Part shown: piece after piece, positions 16,932-24,794 of the stretch | How the letters are laid out: each line of letters opens with the position of its first letter | Position numbering within the stretch: position 1 is the stretch's first letter | Virus record (IMG/VR): IMGVR_UViG_3300029566_000017 | Reading direction: 5' to 3' (one strand) | From: a virus | Length of the DNA: 61,839 nt | The notes under the pieces: generated by a model | Database searches by the model: none | What the model was told of the DNA's origin: nothing | What the model saw: only the letters and a program-made list of their open reading frames with translations | Translations under genes and position numbers: made by a program

Positions 16932-17365
16932 CTATAATTCCGATTACTTTGAAGCAGGCGAACGCTTTTGTAACAGACAATCACAGACATCATGGCAGGG
17001 TTGCCGGATGTAAATTTGCATTAGGATTAACAAATAACGATACATTGATTGGCGTTGCAATCTGTGGGCGTCCGGTCAGCAGATTTTTGGACGATGGGCT
17101 AACGTTGGAAGTTAATCGACTGTGTACGGATGGCACACGCAATGCTTGCTCTATGCTTTACGCTGCTTGCGTAAGAACTGCGAGGGCTATGGGATATAAA
17201 AGGGTTATTACATACACGCTAGAATCTGAAAATGGCGCAAGCCTAAAGGCAAGCAATTTTATCTACGATGGCATTGCAGGCGGAGCGATGTGGACAGGAA
17301 AGCGGAGCGGTAGGGATAACGGTGTTCCGCAAGAAATGAAACGTCGGTGGGTATACAGGTTATAA
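16928..17365 (+). CDS. Hypothetical protein, possibly with an acetyltransferase-like fold (unverified)
   Basis: ORF coupled to the upstream gene. Confidence 0.45.
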   Translation: MTIIPITLKQANAFVTDNHRHHGRVAGCKFALGLTNNDTLIGVAICGRPVSRFLDDGLTLEVNRLCTDGTRNACSMLYAACVRTARAMGYKRVITYTLESENGASLKASNFIYDGIAGGAMWTGKRSGRDNGVPQEMKRRWVYRL

Positions 17366-17458
17366 GAGAAAACTGCAACATGTTGCAAAAATCCCTTGTA
17401 ACTGTTGCAAAAAACGCAACAGCTCAAAGCCCTTTGAAAAAGTTAAGGAGATGAAAGA

Positions 17459-17671
17459 ATGAACAACAAACCTATATGCGGTGAATGGCATGGTTATGAC
17501 GTTATGCCAGTAGAAGAGGAATCTTGCGTTTTTAAAATCAGCGTTGATGATAACGAAGAAGTATTGATTGGCTACCGGCGAAAAAATGAAATTATCAAAT
17601 TAAACGGCTATCTTGACTATGTTTGCGATACAGATGCCGTTATTCGCTGGTGCTACATTGATTTGAATTAA
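17459..17671 (+). CDS. Hypothetical protein
   Basis: RBS AAGGAGATGA. Confidence 0.45.
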   Translation: MNNKPICGEWHGYDVMPVEEESCVFKISVDDNEEVLIGYRRKNEIIKLNGYLDYVCDTDAVIRWCYIDLN

Positions 17672-17676
17672 GCCCT

Positions 17677-17750
17677 AGGGTGCGGCGGCTGGGTTGGCGA
17701 AGCCAGCCTGCGTAAAATCCAAGAATTCCCGCGCCGCCGCTTTTTATAAG
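17677..17750. other. GC-rich nested stem-loop (GCGGCGGCTGGG...CCAGCC...GCGCCGCCGCTTTTT), a terminator or structured RNA
   Basis: Outer stem GCGGCGGC/GCCGCCGC and inner stem GGCTGG/CCAGCC, followed by TTTTT. The local GC is far above the genome average. Confidence 0.45.
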
Positions 17751-17759
17751 GAGGTAAAA

Positions 17760-17918
17760 ATGAAAAAAATAAAAACTATAGAAGCTATAGAAGCTGCCCG
17801 GCTCATAAAAGAAATGTGCAGCAAGCGGAAACGCTGCAAAGGTTGCATCTTTCACGATGCTAAAACCGTTTCGCCTTGCAAATTGACAATTTTTCCCGAT
17901 ATATGGGAGGTTGATTAA
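17760..17918 (+). CDS. Small Cys-containing hypothetical protein
   Basis: RBS AAGGAGGTAAAA before the ATG. Confidence 0.4.
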   Translation: MKKIKTIEAIEAARLIKEMCSKRKRCKGCIFHDAKTVSPCKLTIFPDIWEVD

Positions 17919-18227
17919 ATGATTAACAAAGACCAAATAAGACGTATGCTGGACATTGCAGATATTAAGACATCGGCACGGCTGATGTTACTTGTTGTCG
18001 AGATTGTAGAACTGCAGGCGGACTTAAAAGCGTTAGAGTCGCTTGTACAGATGCAGTATGATAGTCACGCAGTAGATGCTGCTAAAAATCATGTACGGCA
18101 ACAGCCTGAGTATATGGAGATTAACAACGAACTAAAGAAAGCTACAGAAGCTGTAGTAAAGGCTATGAGCGACCCAGAAGCACGTTTGAGAGCTATGTTT
18201 AATGCTAAATTACGTGGAGATATGTAA
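17919..18227 (+). CDS. Hypothetical protein
   Basis: ORF. Confidence 0.5.
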   Translation: MINKDQIRRMLDIADIKTSARLMLLVVEIVELQADLKALESLVQMQYDSHAVDAAKNHVRQQPEYMEINNELKKATEAVVKAMSDPEARLRAMFNAKLRGDM

Positions 18228-18242
18228 ATTGGAGCAAAAACA

Positions 18243-18659
18243 ATGAAGATATTAAAATTCTCACCGATTAAACGTGAGCAAGGCAGGAATACTTGCCATT
18301 GCTATAAAGAAACAGACATTTATGGTGGCAGTAAAAAGCCTATCAGTTTTACAGTCGACCCGGATACAAAAATCTGCTTCTGCAATCACTGCGGCAACAT
18401 GGTTGAACCTATCGTTGTGCTGGAGCTGATGTGTAACGACTGGCAAGCAATAGCAAAGGACTATGATAGAGCTAGGAAACAGACGTTAAGATGCTATGAG
18501 ATTGGTATAAAGTTTAGGCCTTATAAGCGTGTGTTAAAGATGCTGCAAGAACATATGGGACGGAAAAATGATATGATGCCGATTTGTCCGCATTGCCGGG
18601 AGAAAATAGATTTGGAAAAGTTAGCTAATGGCGTTTGGATAAGAAAGGAGGAAAAATGA
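18243..18659 (+). CDS. Zinc-ribbon hypothetical protein
   Basis: Motifs CHCY...CNHCGN...CPHCREK. Confidence 0.5.
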   Translation: MKILKFSPIKREQGRNTCHCYKETDIYGGSKKPISFTVDPDTKICFCNHCGNMVEPIVVLELMCNDWQAIAKDYDRARKQTLRCYEIGIKFRPYKRVLKMLQEHMGRKNDMMPICPHCREKIDLEKLANGVWIRKEEK

Positions 18660-18937
18660 TGATTAATTACAAGAAAGCCGAACAGGCGAAAGAACTGCTA
18701 CAAGAATGTGGAGCATCTTTTATAATTGCCTATAATAACAGCAATAACGATGATGTTGTTTGTGCATCAGGTAATTATATTATCCTTAAAAGTTTGATCA
18801 TTGGTACGATGGCGCAGGCAGCATTAGGTGTGCGTGGCAAATATGGTGAAGAAATGGCTATGCAAGAATTAATGAGCATGATGACAGAAGCGGCAAAATT
18901 AGTTCATTACAATAAGGAGCAAAAAAATGAAACGTGA
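18656..18937 (+). CDS. Hypothetical protein. Its N-terminus is paralogous to 15697-15783.
   Basis: RBS AAGGAGG before the ATGATG. Confidence 0.5.
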   Translation: MMINYKKAEQAKELLQECGASFIIAYNNSNNDDVVCASGNYIILKSLIIGTMAQAALGVRGKYGEEMAMQELMSMMTEAAKLVHYNKEQKNET

Positions 18938-19244
18938 AAAATTAATTGTCCTGCTGTTTGCATTCAGATATGCAGTACATCGTTTAGGTACACAGGCGTT
19001 AGTAGACATTGAAAACGAGCTTATCGCCAATATGGAAAAATTCCCGGATTGGATGTTACAGCAAATGCAAATTTCGCTTGAAGGCAATTTTGAGTATATG
19101 CAATACAAACTAGAGGAAACCGGAAGAATCGCTTTAGACGATGATTGCCGCTTTCAAAAGCCGCTGCTTGATGCAGTAAAAGCACAAAGAGCAAAGTTAG
19201 CAGAGATTGCCAGAGGTGCAACCAATGGAAATATGCTTAATTGA
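18927..19244 (+). CDS. Hypothetical protein
   Basis: ORF. Confidence 0.5.
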   Translation: MKREKLIVLLFAFRYAVHRLGTQALVDIENELIANMEKFPDWMLQQMQISLEGNFEYMQYKLEETGRIALDDDCRFQKPLLDAVKAQRAKLAEIARGATNGNMLN

Positions 19245-19427
19245 TATTGTCAGTTGCACACTGCTTGACGTAGCTGTTATGTGTGTAGCTTTATGGATGT
19301 TAAACAGGGAGTGGTAATTTGAAATATTTACATCTTGTTGCAAGTATTTGTATGGAAATTCTTGCTATTATGGGTACTATTGGAATCCTGGTTATAATCT
19401 GGAGAGATATTTTAGGAGGTTTTTAAG

Positions 19428-19868
19428 ATGATTAAATTTTTTCCGACGATTGACGCACCAGCGAACACGAAGCTTCCGCAGCGTAGCACACAGTTTTCTG
19501 CTGGCTATGATTTTTACGCACCGACAGATATTTTTGTTCCAGCTGGCGGTGAAAGCGTACTTATTCCGCTGAACATTAAAGCTATTATGCCTGGCGATAT
19601 GGTTCTGATGCTGTTCATCCGCAGCAGTCTTGCGGTTAAGTTCAATTTGTCGCTAGTTAACAGCGTAGGCATTATTGATAGCGATTATGCTAACAACCAG
19701 GACAATGACGGCAATATAGGTGTTAAATTCAGAAACAACGGCAGCGAAACTATCATTATCAGAGAAGGTGAACGCTGTGCACAGGGAATCTTCGTGCGTT
19801 ACTGCGTAACCTCGGACGATGAAGCAAGTGCTGTTCGTGGTGGCGGTTATGGCTCAACAGGACGCTAA
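19428..19868 (+). CDS. dut: dUTP diphosphatase
   Basis: dUTPase motifs AGYDF, GIIDSDY and RGGGYGSTG. Confidence 0.9.
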   Translation: MIKFFPTIDAPANTKLPQRSTQFSAGYDFYAPTDIFVPAGGESVLIPLNIKAIMPGDMVLMLFIRSSLAVKFNLSLVNSVGIIDSDYANNQDNDGNIGVKFRNNGSETIIIREGERCAQGIFVRYCVTSDDEASAVRGGGYGSTGR

Positions 19869-20028
19869 GCTTTATCTTATTAGCTGGCGCAGTTTGTTTT
19901 CGGGCGAAGTTGATTTTCGTGAAAAAGTGTTAGCTGCTTCGCCTGAAGAAGCTATAAAGATAGCCAGCGAGGGAGAAAGTTCAGAATTTATTGAGCTGAT
20001 GTATTACCCGGAAGCAAAAGAAATGTAG
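19849..20028 (+). CDS. Hypothetical small protein with an uncertain start, overlapping the dut 3' end
   Basis: Open frame ending at 20028. No clear RBS. Confidence 0.25.
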   Translation: MAQQDAKLYLISWRSLFSGEVDFREKVLAASPEEAIKIASEGESSEFIELMYYPEAKEM

Positions 20029-20040
20029 GGAGTGTATAAA

Positions 20041-20406
20041 ATGCCAAAAAGAGAAAAAAGCATTGAAGAACAAATCAAAGAAGAAACAGCAATGCTTATA
20101 GACAGTTTTTTGCGGTGGGAACATATCCGGTCCTATGGATGCCAAGACCCTTTTTATCCTGACGGCGAAAACATGAATTTAATAAGGAATCATATAATTT
20201 ACGGAAAGAGCAGACTTGAAGAGCTGTGCACTGATATTCCTTTACCAGCGCAGTATTATATGCCGACACCTGATGAAGTTGACGCAAACTATATGGCTGC
20301 CGATGGAAAGTATTACGATTACCGGATAAAAAAGTTTGCAGGATCATATCCCGGCATTACCACTAAAACACCGAATGATATAAGCAACCAACAAGAATTA
20401 TTTTAG
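20041..20406 (+). CDS. Hypothetical protein
   Basis: RBS GGGAGTG before the ATG. Confidence 0.5.
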   Translation: MPKREKSIEEQIKEETAMLIDSFLRWEHIRSYGCQDPFYPDGENMNLIRNHIIYGKSRLEELCTDIPLPAQYYMPTPDEVDANYMAADGKYYDYRIKKFAGSYPGITTKTPNDISNQQELF

Positions 20407-20415
20407 AGGTGCTAC

Positions 20416-20601
20416 ATGAAAACACCATGCAGAGGATGCACAGAAAGAAAAATAGGCTGTCACGCTAACTGTAAAGCTTTTAACGAATGGAAAACCCAGC
20501 AGTGCGAGGTACTGAAAGCTATGTATCTTGAAACGCTAAAGGCTTCGCCTACAGCTGGAGCAGTTGCCAGACACAAAAAATGGATAAAGGAGCATAGATA
20601 A
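20416..20601 (+). CDS. Small Cys-rich protein
   Basis: Motif CRGC...C..C. Confidence 0.4.
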   Translation: MKTPCRGCTERKIGCHANCKAFNEWKTQQCEVLKAMYLETLKASPTAGAVARHKKWIKEHR

Positions 20602-20906
20602 TGAAAGTAACCAAAACGCCGCTTGAAAGCGTAGAAGCGCACAGTAAGAATCAATATGTTGCATATAACAGCACATTCACAATGCCGTTGCCTGAGAATA
20701 ACGTAAATCATCCGAAACACTACACCAAAGGCGGTATTGAGTGTATAGATGCCCTAAAGGCTGCTACCGTTGGCAAAACAGGCATTGAAGCTGTCTGCGT
20801 TGCCAACATTATTAAATATTTATGGCGTTACGAAGAGAAGAACGGCGTAGAAGATTGCCTAAAAGCAAAGTGGTATCTTGACCGCCTTATCGAAGAACTT
20901 AAATAA
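20601..20906 (+). CDS. DUF3310-like phage protein
   Basis: Motif HPKHYTKGGIECIDA...KYLWRY...KAKWYLDRLI is recalled as the DUF3310 signature. Confidence 0.5.
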   Translation: MKVTKTPLESVEAHSKNQYVAYNSTFTMPLPENNVNHPKHYTKGGIECIDALKAATVGKTGIEAVCVANIIKYLWRYEEKNGVEDCLKAKWYLDRLIEELK

Positions 20907-20923
20907 CAGAAGGGAGTAAGCGC

Positions 20924-21613
20924 ATGGAAGATATGACTGTAAATGAAAATCAAAGCACGATAACCGTTCCGCTGGCGTATTTCGAAGAACTTATCGAACG
21001 TGTGGCAGAGCAGACCGCCAAAAAAACCTCTAAAAAGCTGTGTGATGATCTGTACAGCAAAGAAGCACAGCGGAGGGATTTCGACAAGCGACTGTATAAC
21101 GTGCGCTTGCTGCTAAAGAATTACAGAAGCCTTCAAGAACACGCAGCGTTAAAGACTAGCGAGGTTGTCAATATCGACGATGAGCAGATTTCTGCTATTG
21201 AGATTCTTGATTCGTTCCAAAACCTGAAAAGCATGGGAGCTAATGAGCTAAAGCTTGAAAGCATCATAAGCTCAACCATGCGAACGAAAGTGCTGATAAA
21301 CTACATGGACGATATGATAGCACTTTACAAGCAGACCAGGTATAACAGCGGCAAGCAGGAAGATTTGCGCCGGGCAGATGTACTTGACGTGCTGTTCCTT
21401 AAACCTTGTCCGCCGGAAGCGTATGTCACTGATATAGTCGCAAGCCTTGCGCAAAAATGGTCAGTAAGCGAAAGGCAGATATGGCGTGATACAAACGATG
21501 CTGTCGAGCAACTAACCGCTTTGCTGTTTGGCGTGGACGGCGTGAACCTGCTGGAAGATAAAAAGCGCAGAAGGGCAGCTCGCCTTGCTGAAGAAAAAAA
21601 TATCGAAAAATAA
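20924..21613 (+). CDS. Hypothetical protein, possibly a transcription regulator with a C-terminal HTH-like segment
   Basis: RBS AAGGGAG. It ends immediately upstream of the repeated promoter cassette. Confidence 0.5.
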   Translation: MEDMTVNENQSTITVPLAYFEELIERVAEQTAKKTSKKLCDDLYSKEAQRRDFDKRLYNVRLLLKNYRSLQEHAALKTSEVVNIDDEQISAIEILDSFQNLKSMGANELKLESIISSTMRTKVLINYMDDMIALYKQTRYNSGKQEDLRRADVLDVLFLKPCPPEAYVTDIVASLAQKWSVSERQIWRDTNDAVEQLTALLFGVDGVNLLEDKKRRRAARLAEEKNIEK

Positions 21614-21617
21614 TAAG

Positions 21618-21664
21618 AAAAACTCACCTTTTATAAAGAAAACTCTTTACAAAAGGTGAGTTTT
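21618..21664. terminator. 14-bp perfect hairpin AAAACTCACCTTTT...AAAAGGTGAGTTTT followed by a T-run
   Basis: Inverted repeat seen directly. The -35 box of promoter P1 lies in its loop. Confidence 0.55.
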
Positions 21665-21674
21665 ATAGTATAAT
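21646..21674 (+). promoter_or_regulatory. Promoter P1, TTTACA-17 nt-TATAAT. First copy of the repeated promoter-leader cassette.
   Basis: Consensus -35 and -10 boxes with 17-nt spacing. The downstream leader hairpin GTAGG...CCTAC and RBS GAAAGGAAGTCG are shared with 26686-26760. Confidence 0.55.
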
Positions 21675-21722
21675 ATAAGTGTAGGGAAGATAGAGTAACC
21701 TACAAGAAAGGAAGTCGTAAAA

Positions 21723-21899
21723 ATGACACAAGAAAAAATAACATTAGCATTAAGAGAAGCACTGCTAGATTGGTTCGACCTTAAAAAAATTGAAGACAAA
21801 TTCCCTAAAAGCAGCGTTGCTAGAAATAAAGCGCAACGAAAATGGAATGAGGTTGAAAAGCTTGCAAATATGCTGCAAGCAATCGAAGAAGCTAAATAA
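21723..21899 (+). CDS. Small hypothetical protein, 58 aa
   Basis: Leader GAAAGGAAGTCGTAAAA before the ATG. Confidence 0.4.
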   Translation: MTQEKITLALREALLDWFDLKKIEDKFPKSSVARNKAQRKWNEVEKLANMLQAIEEAK

Positions 21900-21962
21900 A
21901 AGCTGATGACAAGGGCAATAGCCCTTGTAAAGCTGGCAGGCAGACAGTTCAAACCCTGTGCC
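21898..21962 (+). ncRNA. Candidate structured RNA element, copy A: two hairpins, CUGAUGA-CAAGGGC-AAUA-GCCCUUG-UAAAGCU-GGC(AG)ACAG-UUCAAACC-CUGUGCC
   Basis: About 65 nt, 75% identical to 22647-22711. Every difference in the stems is compensatory. Confidence 0.45.
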
Positions 21963-21992
21963 TAAAGCTTAAACTTTAAGGAGGACTTAAAA

Positions 21993-22244
21993 ATGACTTA
22001 TCAAGAAAAGCAAGAAATGAAAAAGCTTGCCTGCAAATGCCTGGAAAAATACTTCGGCTTTGCTCCGGCTATGAAGCAGATTGTTCTGCTTGAAAGCGCA
22101 AGCAATGGATATACAGTTGATTATCTTCTGTTCAGCATCGGCTATAACGGAAGAGAATTTCAGCTCAGAAGAACCTTTACCTGGGGTAAAGATACAGTGG
22201 AATATAAATATTGCCGCTACGATGTTACCATGATTGAGCAATAG
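21993..22244 (+). CDS. Hypothetical protein
   Basis: RBS AAGGAGG. Confidence 0.5.
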   Translation: MTYQEKQEMKKLACKCLEKYFGFAPAMKQIVLLESASNGYTVDYLLFSIGYNGREFQLRRTFTWGKDTVEYKYCRYDVTMIEQ

Positions 22245-22260
22245 AAAGGAGTAGAGCACA

Positions 22261-22473
22261 ATGAAATTAACTATTAACCAATGGAAAAAGTTACTGGAAT
22301 TAGCAGAACGTGATTATTGCGAGAAAAAGAAAACTTACGATGAAGGACGTAAGCTTTGGGCATCACTAGGACATGATGACTGGGAGATTAACGAAAAATA
22401 TTTGCTCGTTGAAAAAGAGCGTAAGCAAGCAGCATATGATCTGTTGCAAGCGTTAAAGACTCAAACAATTTAA
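22261..22473 (+). CDS. Hypothetical protein
   Basis: RBS AAAGGAG. Confidence 0.5.
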   Translation: MKLTINQWKKLLELAERDYCEKKKTYDEGRKLWASLGHDDWEINEKYLLVEKERKQAAYDLLQALKTQTI

Positions 22474-22486
22474 GGAGGAAAAACCA

Positions 22487-22648
22487 ATGAAAGAACCTAA
22501 AGACATGACTAACGAAGAATTAAAGCAGGAAAACGCTAGGCTGATTAAGATTTACAACAGCTCGTGCGACCCATGGCATCATCAATGCTTGAATGAGCAC
22601 TTTGAAGAGCTGGAAGAAATTGCAGCGGAAAGAGGTATAGAGCTTTAA
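22487..22648 (+). CDS. Small hypothetical protein, 53 aa
   Basis: RBS AAGGAGG before the ATG. Confidence 0.4.
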   Translation: MKEPKDMTNEELKQENARLIKIYNSSCDPWHHQCLNEHFEELEEIAAERGIEL

Positions 22649-22711
22649 AAGCTGATGACAGGAGCTTAAGCTCCTGTAAAGCTACCGGGCAGAAGGTTCA
22701 AAGTCCTTGCC
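22647..22711 (+). ncRNA. Candidate structured RNA element, copy B: CUGAUGA-CAGGAGC-UUAA-GCUCCUG-UAAAGCU-GGC(AG)AAGG-UUCAAAGU-CCUUGCC
   Basis: Paralogue of 21898-21962 with compensatory substitutions in both stems. Confidence 0.45.
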
Positions 22712-22738
22712 AATAGTTTTAGAAAGGAAGTCGATTTT

Positions 22739-23203
22739 ATGAACTATGCAATTTTACTGAAAACTGTGGTTGATGCCAATGGCAAAACCAATTCTGTGGA
22801 GAAAGTACCATACGAGGGAGCTATCACGCTTAAGTCAATGTATGAACTGTGCGAATGCGAGTACGTCGACATTAAAGAAGTTCCGCTTCAGCTGGTAGAG
22901 TTCGACGGACAACTCGGAATCATTCCCGGTGTTACACTGATTTTCGATGAAGAATTTCTTCTGAAAAATGAAAACCCGGTGGCCAATGAGCTGGCAAGTG
23001 CTATTTATGGTTACGGCAGATTACATGACCAATGCTTGTGCGGTAACGTGCTTCTGTGCTACACAAACGAAGAAGGCGAATGTATGCCGTTCAGTGAGAG
23101 TGAAGCAAACATTGTTGTAAAGTGCTTAACAAGAATCAACAAGCATATTGGAGATATGGAATTTAAGGTCCAAAAACCAATGATGAAATTTATGACTTTT
23201 TAG
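22739..23203 (+). CDS. Hypothetical protein
   Basis: Leader GAAAGGAAGTCGATTTT before the ATG. Confidence 0.5.
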   Translation: MNYAILLKTVVDANGKTNSVEKVPYEGAITLKSMYELCECEYVDIKEVPLQLVEFDGQLGIIPGVTLIFDEEFLLKNENPVANELASAIYGYGRLHDQCLCGNVLLCYTNEEGECMPFSESEANIVVKCLTRINKHIGDMEFKVQKPMMKFMTF

Positions 23204-23215
23204 GAGGGATACATA

Positions 23216-23662
23216 ATGTTGAAATACAAAGATTACTCAACCTTGGTCAACGAACAGCAAAAGGAATACGAAAGCTTTACCAAAGATAAAATGTTCTTTG
23301 CTTTTACTGAAGAACAGTTCAACGAAGGCATGAAAAGATTTGGGTTAGCTCCTAATGATACCGACAAGGTTTATCAAATCGGCTTCGGAGGATATATCCT
23401 TCGTGCCCAGGCTAAGGCTCATAATGATTTAGTAAAACGCCTGAACATCGAAAAGAAGGAGCACATGAAAGATTTCGACTTCTTGAAATCAGCCTTCCGT
23501 TACGAACTTGCTAACCATGAGTTTTGTATAACTTATGAGCTTGACGATACGCTAGATGCTCTGCTTTTGACTTATGAGCAAGTTAACTCTGACCCGGTTA
23601 TAAAAAAAGCTTTACTTGAAGCCAAGAAAGAATATCTTAAGAATTGCGAAGATTGGATGTGA
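23216..23662 (+). CDS. Hypothetical protein
   Basis: RBS GGAGGGA. Confidence 0.5.
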   Translation: MLKYKDYSTLVNEQQKEYESFTKDKMFFAFTEEQFNEGMKRFGLAPNDTDKVYQIGFGGYILRAQAKAHNDLVKRLNIEKKEHMKDFDFLKSAFRYELANHEFCITYELDDTLDALLLTYEQVNSDPVIKKALLEAKKEYLKNCEDWM

Positions 23663-23838
23663 TTGATGTGAGAACAAGACAACTTATAAAGTATGTGCTG
23701 ATGCTGGAAACGCTCCCTCTTGCCGGAGATGAATTCCATGAACTCATGGAAAATACTAAACGCCGCGAAAAGAGAATCAATGTACTGCGTGAAAAGCTTC
23801 TGATGCCGAGAAGCTACTACCCCTACAAACAGCCATAA
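23644..23838 (+). CDS. Hypothetical small protein with an uncertain, non-ATG start
   Basis: Open frame only. Confidence 0.25.
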   Translation: MRRLDVIDVRTRQLIKYVLMLETLPLAGDEFHELMENTKRREKRINVLREKLLMPRSYYPYKQP

Positions 23839-23901
23839 ATAAAAGAAAGAACCAGCGTACACCGAAAGGTGTGCGCTGGAAAAAAGATTGGAGTGAAAGT
23901 C

Positions 23902-24495
23902 ATGTGTAAAGTAGCAGATAAAAGTTACAAAGAGTTATGCGAAGCGTTGCTCGGAAAAGAAGCTTATAAGGTTTCTGAACTAACGGCACAGAAATTGTAT
24001 CGACTGGAAGATACCGACGAGCTGAAAGCATATGGATTAGACAAACAGAAAGCAGAAGCGTTCCTGTGTGGTGTAGAGTTAGGCAAAAGAGCTTTCACCG
24101 AAACCAAAGCTGAGGAAAAAAGATACTGCTGTGCTCCGCAAGACTTAGCTGAATATATGATGCCGAAGCTGCGGTATTTAAATCATGAAGAATTCTGGGT
24201 AATTGCAGCAGACAGCAAGAACAGAATAATTGAGGCAAGAGCTATACTGAAAGGAACGCTAACTAACTGTTATGTTCATCCTAGAGAGATTTTCAAGTAT
24301 GCCATCATGAAAAATGCTGCCGCAATTTTTGTAGCACATAATCATCCTTCAGGTCTTGCAACACCTAGCGCTGACGATAAAAAGTTAACCAGGGATATTG
24401 TTAAAGCCGGGGCAATAATGGGAATACCTTGCTATGATCATATCATTATAGGTGACGGCAGTTATTACAGTTTCCAGGAAGATGAACAAATGTAA
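23902..24495 (+). CDS. radC: RadC-like JAB/MPN domain protein
   Basis: JAMM motif HNHPSG...S.DD and a RadC-like N-terminal region. Confidence 0.8.
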   Translation: MCKVADKSYKELCEALLGKEAYKVSELTAQKLYRLEDTDELKAYGLDKQKAEAFLCGVELGKRAFTETKAEEKRYCCAPQDLAEYMMPKLRYLNHEEFWVIAADSKNRIIEARAILKGTLTNCYVHPREIFKYAIMKNAAAIFVAHNHPSGLATPSADDKKLTRDIVKAGAIMGIPCYDHIIIGDGSYYSFQEDEQM

Positions 24496-24508
24496 GGAGG
24501 AAAGAAAA

Positions 24509-24793
24509 ATGAACGCTTATGAAATTATGTACGTTATGCGCCCGGAGCAGGAAATAGTCGAGGATGTTATCTTGAAGTTCAATAACTTAATCGTTTCTAA
24601 TGGTGGCGTAGTTGAAAAGACAGAACGCTGGGGAGAAAGAAGGATGCCTTACGTGATTCAGGACTACGAGAACGGTATTTATGTCCTGGTTACGTTTCAT
24701 GCAAGCAAGAGGTGTGTACTCGAGCTTCACAAAGCAATGGAGATTACCGAAGAAGTGCTCCGGCATATGATTATCAGAAAGGGGGTATGCTAA
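24509..24793 (+). CDS. rpsF: Ribosomal protein bS6 homologue
   Basis: It aligns along the full length of E. coli S6 from memory. The query is MNAYEIMYVMRPEQ...ERWGERRMPY...YVLV...EVLRHMIIRK and E. coli has MRHYEIVFMVHPDQ...DWGRRQLAY...YVLM...AVIRSMVMRT. RBS AAGGAGG at 8 nt. Confidence 0.65.
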   Translation: MNAYEIMYVMRPEQEIVEDVILKFNNLIVSNGGVVEKTERWGERRMPYVIQDYENGIYVLVTFHASKRCVLELHKAMEITEEVLRHMIIRKGVC

Positions 24794-24794
24794 T

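Noticed and set aside
21904-21940. A hammerhead ribozyme assignment for the CUGAUGA-hairpin motif in the duplicated RNA elements
   Set aside because: The sequence after the putative stem II is UAAAGC, not the obligatory GAAA (G12 A13 A14), and there is no convincing stem I/III with a UH cleavage site. The element is kept as a structured RNA of unknown class, not a hammerhead.
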